A stretch of DNA of 40,000 nt, taken from the NCBI GenBank assembly GCA_019634735.1, contig JAHCAT010000001.1, positions 593,227-633,226 of the forward strand, given 5' to 3'. The translations under genes were made by a program, and so were the position numbers. Source of the DNA: Lysobacterales bacterium. GTDB lineage: Bacteria > Pseudomonadota > Gammaproteobacteria > Xanthomonadales > UBA2363. The notes beneath the pieces are model-generated. The model ran no database searches, had not been told where the DNA came from, and saw only the letters and a list, made by a program, of their open reading frames with translations. Positions 35,070-40,000 of this stretch are shown piece after piece (position 1 is the stretch's first letter; each line of letters starts with the position of its first letter).

Positions 35070-35867
35070 ATGCAGCGCACCCGTATCCTTCCCCTGACCC
35101 TTGCCCTCGCCACCCTGCTCGGCGCCGGCGACCTGCTCGCCAGCGAGCGCGGCGGCGTCCTCGGTCGCCTCGGCGGCGGCGGCAACAGCGACCGCGGCCT
35201 GGCGGTCAGCGCCGGCGTCGATGCCGTGCGCGGCCTGACCCTCACCGATGCCCAGCTCGCCGAGCTCGGCGCACAGGCCGCCGAGGTCTTCGACCGTGAG
35301 AACCGCGTCGCCCCGGCCAACCACCCGCAGGCCCAGCGACTGGCCCGGCTGACCGCCGGCCACCTGGCCGAGCACGGCCTGGCGCTCAACTTCAAGGTCT
35401 ACCTGGACGACACCCTGAACGCCTTCGCCCTGCCGGACGGCTCGATCCGCTTCTACGCCGGCCTGATGACGCTGCTGAACGACGACGAGCTGCGCTTCGT
35501 GATCGGCCACGAGATCGCCCACGTCCAGCAGGGCCATGCCAAGGGCCGCTTCCGCACCGCCTACCTGGCGCAGGCCGCGCGCAAGGGCGTCGCCAGCCAG
35601 GGCAACACCGCCGGCGCACTGGCCGCGTCCGACCTGGGCGGCGTGCTCGAGGAGCTGTTCAAGGCCCAGTACTCGCAGCGCAACGAGCTGGCCGCCGATG
35701 CCGAGGGCCTGGCCTTCCTGCGCCGCCACGGCCACGCCGACGCCGCCGCGGTGAGCGCCCTGGAGAAGCTGGCCGGCCACGGTGGCCGCGGCACTGACGC
35801 CTTCTCCAGCCACCCCGACGCCGACCGCCGCGCCCAGCGCATGCAGCGCCAGGTGGCGCGGCGATGA
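35070..35867 (+). CDS. M48-family zinc metallopeptidase (secreted or periplasmic)
   Basis: It has a signal peptide (MQRTRILPLTLALATLLGAGDLLA), the HEIAH zinc motif and a downstream ELAADAEG. Confidence 0.8.
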   Translation: MQRTRILPLTLALATLLGAGDLLASERGGVLGRLGGGGNSDRGLAVSAGVDAVRGLTLTDAQLAELGAQAAEVFDRENRVAPANHPQAQRLARLTAGHLAEHGLALNFKVYLDDTLNAFALPDGSIRFYAGLMTLLNDDELRFVIGHEIAHVQQGHAKGRFRTAYLAQAARKGVASQGNTAGALAASDLGGVLEELFKAQYSQRNELAADAEGLAFLRRHGHADAAAVSALEKLAGHGGRGTDAFSSHPDADRRAQRMQRQVARR

Positions 35868-35919
35868 GTCACCGCTCTGTCCGCAGTAGCACTAAGACGA
35901 CCACCAAGGACCACACACG

Positions 35920-38193
35920 ATGAGCACCCGGACACTAAGCGCACCCTGGCACAGACTCCTCTGCGCTGGCTTCGCGACGCTCCTTGCCCTTCCCGGCGCA
36001 GTGCTGGCAACACCCTCCATCGAGCACGGCCGCCTGGACTTCTACACAAGAAACGGCGCCAGAGCCCAGGAAGACGGCACCATCATTGACCAAAATGGAC
36101 GACAGGTTTTCCTGCTTCCCCTCAAGGAAATGCTGTCAACCAGGAACGGGGAGCGCGAGCCCTACGATGCGTCGGGAGTCTCGACCAGCCACCTGGACGC
36201 ACTCGCTGAGGAGGCGGGGCTTGCAGCTGCCCAGGTTGCCCAGCTCTCGGATGAACTGGCTGCAGCATTCCTGGATGATCGTCAATTCGTGGCGCTTGCC
36301 AGCCGCACGAAGTCGGGCGATCTCATTCCCGATCGCCTGCTGGACTTCAGCGGCATCTGGGCAGACAGCACCTCCGGCTTCACCCTGCTGCCCTGGGGCG
36401 TACAGGCGGTGGCTGGCGGTCAGCCAAGCACGCGTACACACACCCTCTACGTCATCGATTCGGGCGTGCATAACCACGACTCTCTGCATCTGGAAAAGCA
36501 GGATCGACTCGCCGTCCTCGGACTTCCTGTCGTGACGGTCTGCAACGCCGCGCCCGAGTACGCACATGGCACTCACATCGCTGGGATCATTGCAGGTCTG
36601 GGATCACCGGGCGGAGTCACCGGAGTGCGCCCCAATGCTCGGATCGTCTCGATCAACGTCGCGTTGCCTGACATCTGCAAAGCCACCACCGCATCGGTCG
36701 TGGCTGGCCTGGAGATGGCGAGAAAACAAATACTGCTTAGTGCGGCTCAGCCAAGGACTGCTGTTGTGAACCTGTCGATCAATCCTGATCGGGAGCAGGA
36801 CCCAGCGGGTGCTGGCCTCATCGACAACGCAATGCGCAACGTTGCGTTCCCCGCTACAGCGTATCCAGGTGCATTCATTGCCCAATCTGCCGGAAATCAT
36901 GGCAATGACGCCTGCCAACACGCTTATCGTCCACCCAACACCAACTGGGCTCTGGACAACGACGGGATCATGGTCGTGGCAGCGATCGACCGGAATGGGC
37001 AGGCGGCACGACCGCTCTGGCACCAGAACCCTCCGCTGCAGGGCTTTCATATCCCACGCTTTGGTGGACAGGGCACAGAGAGCGAAACAGGCAACAACGG
37101 TGGTCTGTGTGTCGATACGATGGCACCGGGCGTGGACGTGGTGTCGACGTGGAGCGGGAACACACTGTCCAGGTCCTCGGGCACCTCTTTCGCCGCACCG
37201 CACGTTGCCGCACTTGCCCTGTATGCACTGGAGTCGGGCCTGGCGGCCACGCCAGCCGCCGTCGAGCAATGGCTGAGGGGCAACCACAGGTTCCTCTACG
37301 GCTCGAACCTCGTCATCCCCGCACTGCAGTGGGGCGTGTTCCTCACCAAGCCCAGCATCGTTTTCTATACGAAGCTGGAGGAGCGCAACGACGCCGGCGA
37401 TGTCGGCTACCTGTCGACGGCTGCTTGGCACAAGTCGGAAGAGGTACATGCCACTTCCCCCGCCAGTTTCCGGACGTTCTCCGACAGTTATCTGACGGTC
37501 GGTTTTGCGGTCGACGACGCTACCGGCCTCCTGCCCTGCACGGCTCGCGTGTTCAGAAACGGCGTGTTGGCCCAGCCGGGTGCTTTGCCGCCACCGACGG
37601 TGTACGCGAATGGCAGCACAGGTCGCTGGGACGTCGCAGCCAGCCATTGGCTGCAACTGGAAGGCAGCACCATCCGGCTTCAGGTCGACTGTCCATCTGG
37701 AACGGGAGGCTGGTGGCCTGATGGCCAGTCCAGCGTGACCGTCGAACTGCAGACCACGCCAAAACCCGTCTGGCATGCTGCGGCACCGAGCACCGGAGGA
37801 GGACAACTGCTCCTGTCGCGACGCGCTTCGCCCACTCATCCGGCCTTTTCGGGCACTCCGGACGTTCACTGGACCACCGCTTCGCCTTGGCTGGAACAAG
37901 GCTTCTCAGCCCCCGGCGCCCACTCCTGCCAGCGGAAAAGCTATCGCATTCCGTCCAATCCCGACTTCTATGGCGCTGCCGACCTGCTTTACCAGTATGC
38001 CGTCCAGGGCGCGTTCCAGCCGGTGGTCCGTTACGAGCCGATGCCCGACCAGGCAACAGGCCTGCCGGGACTGGGCGCGCCCTGGATCGGGAGAGGTTAC
38101 CGCTGGCTTGTGACCTGCTGGAACGACGTCACCGGCCACCACCCGCAGGCGACCAGCATCAGAAGCGTCGAGATGACCGGCAAGCGCAATTGA
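35920..38193 (+). CDS. secreted S8 (subtilisin-like) serine peptidase with a large unassigned C-terminal region
   Basis: It has a signal peptide. The triad contexts are LYVIDSGV (Asp), HGTHIAGII (His) and GTSFAAPHVAALAL (Ser), with the oxyanion residue in SAGNHG. About 330 C-terminal residues have no motif I recognise. GC is lower than in neighbouring genes (spot count 53%). Confidence 0.8.
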   Translation: MSTRTLSAPWHRLLCAGFATLLALPGAVLATPSIEHGRLDFYTRNGARAQEDGTIIDQNGRQVFLLPLKEMLSTRNGEREPYDASGVSTSHLDALAEEAGLAAAQVAQLSDELAAAFLDDRQFVALASRTKSGDLIPDRLLDFSGIWADSTSGFTLLPWGVQAVAGGQPSTRTHTLYVIDSGVHNHDSLHLEKQDRLAVLGLPVVTVCNAAPEYAHGTHIAGIIAGLGSPGGVTGVRPNARIVSINVALPDICKATTASVVAGLEMARKQILLSAAQPRTAVVNLSINPDREQDPAGAGLIDNAMRNVAFPATAYPGAFIAQSAGNHGNDACQHAYRPPNTNWALDNDGIMVVAAIDRNGQAARPLWHQNPPLQGFHIPRFGGQGTESETGNNGGLCVDTMAPGVDVVSTWSGNTLSRSSGTSFAAPHVAALALYALESGLAATPAAVEQWLRGNHRFLYGSNLVIPALQWGVFLTKPSIVFYTKLEERNDAGDVGYLSTAAWHKSEEVHATSPASFRTFSDSYLTVGFAVDDATGLLPCTARVFRNGVLAQPGALPPPTVYANGSTGRWDVAASHWLQLEGSTIRLQVDCPSGTGGWWPDGQSSVTVELQTTPKPVWHAAAPSTGGGQLLLSRRASPTHPAFSGTPDVHWTTASPWLEQGFSAPGAHSCQRKSYRIPSNPDFYGAADLLYQYAVQGAFQPVVRYEPMPDQATGLPGLGAPWIGRGYRWLVTCWNDVTGHHPQATSIRSVEMTGKRN

Positions 38194-38356
38194 CTTCTCG
38201 CGACCCGCACACGTGCCGTGCCCGACATCCGGGCCCGCCAAGCCGGTGCCCAACGAGGCACCGGCTCGCACTGAAGGTCTGCGCGAGCCACCGGCCCCGC
38301 CGGGGACGTTTCCCCGTCCTGCGATAGCAAGGGTGGGCCACCCCGGTCTGGACTCG

Positions 38357-38390
38357 CAACGGTCGCCGCAGAGCGGCGACCGTTGATTTT
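38357..38390 (+). terminator. rho-independent terminator-like hairpin
   Basis: CAACGGTCGCCG cagag CGGCGACCGTTG is followed by ATTTT. It lies between the convergent S8 and AGCS genes. Confidence 0.6.
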
Positions 38391-38398
38391 CCGTTCGA

Positions 38399-40000
38399 TC
38401 AGCCGCCCTGCTGCCTGTTGCTGGGGATCTGCCCCGCCGCCAGGCGCGCCCGGTAGCTGGCCAGCTCGCGCTTGACCACCGGCATCAGCAGGTAGACGCC
38501 GATCAGGTTGGGGATGGCCATGATGAACAGCAGGGCATCGGCGATGTCGACGATGCTGCCCAGCTGCATGGTGCAGCCGACAACGGCCATGGCCAGGTAG
38601 AAGAACTTGAAGCCGTACAGGGCGACCTTGGACTCGTTGGCCAGGAAGCTGCACGCCTTGGCGCCGTAGTAGGCCCAGGTGATCATCGTCGAGAACGCGA
38701 ACAGGAACACCGCCACGGTCAGCACGTAGGGGAACCAGCCGATCACCGAGGCGAAGGCGTTGCTGGTGAGCTGCACGCCGTCGGCGCCGCCGATCGTGTG
38801 CTGGTTGGTGATGATGATGACCAGGGCGGTCATCGTGCAGATCACCACGGTGTCGACGAACGGCTCCCACAGGGCGACGAAGCCCTCGGTCACCGGCTCG
38901 CGGGTCTTCACGGCGGAATGGGCGATCGGCGAGGAGCCCAGGCCCGCCTCGTTGGAGAAGGCGGCGCGCCGGAAGCCGACGATCAGGGCGCCGATCACGC
39001 CGCCCTGCACGCCCTCGGCGGTGAAGGCGCCGGCGAGGATGGCGCCGAACGCGCCCGGGATCTGGCCGGCGTTGGTGAACAGCACGAACAGCGCGGCGAG
39101 GATGTAGATCGCCGCCATGCCGGGCACGAGCTTCGCCGTCACCGCGCCGATCCGGCTGATGCCGCCGATCACGACGATGCCGGCCAGGGTGGCGATGACG
39201 ATGCCGAACAGCCAGCCGCGGCCGGCCAGCGGGCCCTCGGCGCCGCCGGTGACGTTGAGCAGCTGCGAGTAGGCCTGGTTGGCCTGGAACATCGAGCCGG
39301 CGCCGATCGCGCCGGCCATGGCGCAGAACGCGAAGATCACCGCCAGCACCAGGCCGAAGCGCTTGAGCGCGGGGTAGTTCCGGCCCAGGCCGCGGCTGAG
39401 GTAGTACATCGGGCCACCGGAAACGGTGCCGTCCGGCTTTTCCAGCCGGTACATGACGCCCAGCGTGCATTCCACGAACTTGGTCGACATGCCGAGCACG
39501 CCGGCCAGGATCATCCAGAAGGTCGCGCCCGGTCCGCCGATGGTGATCGCCACCGCGACACCGGCGATGTTGCCCAGGCCCACCGTGCCCGACACCGCCG
39601 AGGTCAGCGCCTGGAAATGGGTGACCTCGCCGGGCGCCTTCGGGTCGTTCCAGTCGCCGCGGATCAGCCGGAAGCCGTGCCCGAAGCCGCGGATATTGAT
39701 GAAGCCGAAGTAGAAGGTGAACACCAGCGCGCCCAGGATCAGCCAGCCGACGATCAGCGGGAACATCACCGGCTCGGCATCGGTGCCGCCGACCCGCACC
39801 GCGTAGAAGATCGCGCCGGAGATGGCGTCGGCCACCGGTCGTACCACGGCGTCGATGCGTTCGTCCAGGCTTCGCACGGCGGCCGACGTGGCGACCTCGG
39901 CGGGCTCGACGCCCTCGACGGGCACGCCGTCCTGGGCGAGGGCTGCGCCCGGCAGTACGAGCACGGACAGCAGCAGGGCGAACAGGCGGATCAGGGTCAT
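38399..40000 (-). CDS. alanine/glycine:cation symporter (AGCS) family transporter
   Basis: The 533-aa polytopic protein contains GEVTHFQALTSAVSGTVGLGNIAGVAVAITIGGPGATFWM and FSNEAGLGSSPIAHSA, which are AGCS signatures. The ATG sits exactly at the window end. Confidence 0.8.
   Translation of the reverse strand: MTLIRLFALLLSVLVLPGAALAQDGVPVEGVEPAEVATSAAVRSLDERIDAVVRPVADAISGAIFYAVRVGGTDAEPVMFPLIVGWLILGALVFTFYFGFINIRGFGHGFRLIRGDWNDPKAPGEVTHFQALTSAVSGTVGLGNIAGVAVAITIGGPGATFWMILAGVLGMSTKFVECTLGVMYRLEKPDGTVSGGPMYYLSRGLGRNYPALKRFGLVLAVIFAFCAMAGAIGAGSMFQANQAYSQLLNVTGGAEGPLAGRGWLFGIVIATLAGIVVIGGISRIGAVTAKLVPGMAAIYILAALFVLFTNAGQIPGAFGAILAGAFTAEGVQGGVIGALIVGFRRAAFSNEAGLGSSPIAHSAVKTREPVTEGFVALWEPFVDTVVICTMTALVIIITNQHTIGGADGVQLTSNAFASVIGWFPYVLTVAVFLFAFSTMITWAYYGAKACSFLANESKVALYGFKFFYLAMAVVGCTMQLGSIVDIADALLFIMAIPNLIGVYLLMPVVKRELASYRARLAAGQIPSNRQQGG

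Noticed and set aside
34947-35813. The N-terminal 290 aa of ORF 34305..35813 (-), which would make the sigma factor 502 aa.
   Set aside because: This extension is antisense to the well-supported M48 peptidase gene and is low-complexity (G/A/V/Q-rich). The sigma-70 regions 2 and 4 occupy only the last 200 or so residues.

Overview
This is a high-GC chromosome segment (a spot count on one 60-nt line gave about 70% GC). The repeat families suggest a Xanthomonadales/Lysobacterales-type host, but that is inference. Most of the window is small, densely packed accessory genes: GNAT acetyltransferases, VOC/glyoxalase, cupin, HIT, YciI, NUDIX, two toxin-antitoxin pairs, transporters and secreted peptidases.

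The main feature is a complete integron at about 17690-26391. It has an apparently intact integron integrase (intI, + strand, 25345-26391), an attI junction at about 25179-25184, and ten minus-strand gene cassettes. Each cassette ends in a recognisable attC site with RYYYAAC ... GTTRRRY cores. The array is visibly lower in GC than its flanks, and I cannot name a product for any cassette.

The best candidate for a new system is the largest cassette (about 18082-19824, spot counts 38-45% GC). It carries an overlapping operon: a 152-aa protein, a 352-aa Hanks-type Ser/Thr kinase with all catalytic motifs and an uncharacterised C-terminal domain, and possibly a 64-aa basic peptide.

Other notable points:
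- An orphan intI 3-prime relic lies beyond a higBA-like module next to the intact intI.
- A truncated IS91-family transposase sits at the distal end of the array.
- A 25-unit 13-bp tandem repeat is bracketed by inverted copies of a GC-rich palindromic REP element.
- A two-gene operon of secreted proteins includes one with a caspase-like His/Cys dyad.
- An ECF sigma factor is translationally coupled to a TPR Ser/Thr kinase, divergent from M48 and S8 peptidase genes.

Many long ORFs in the supplied track are GC-driven shadow frames and were rejected. Coordinates of non-coding sites are read by eye and may be off by a few bp.
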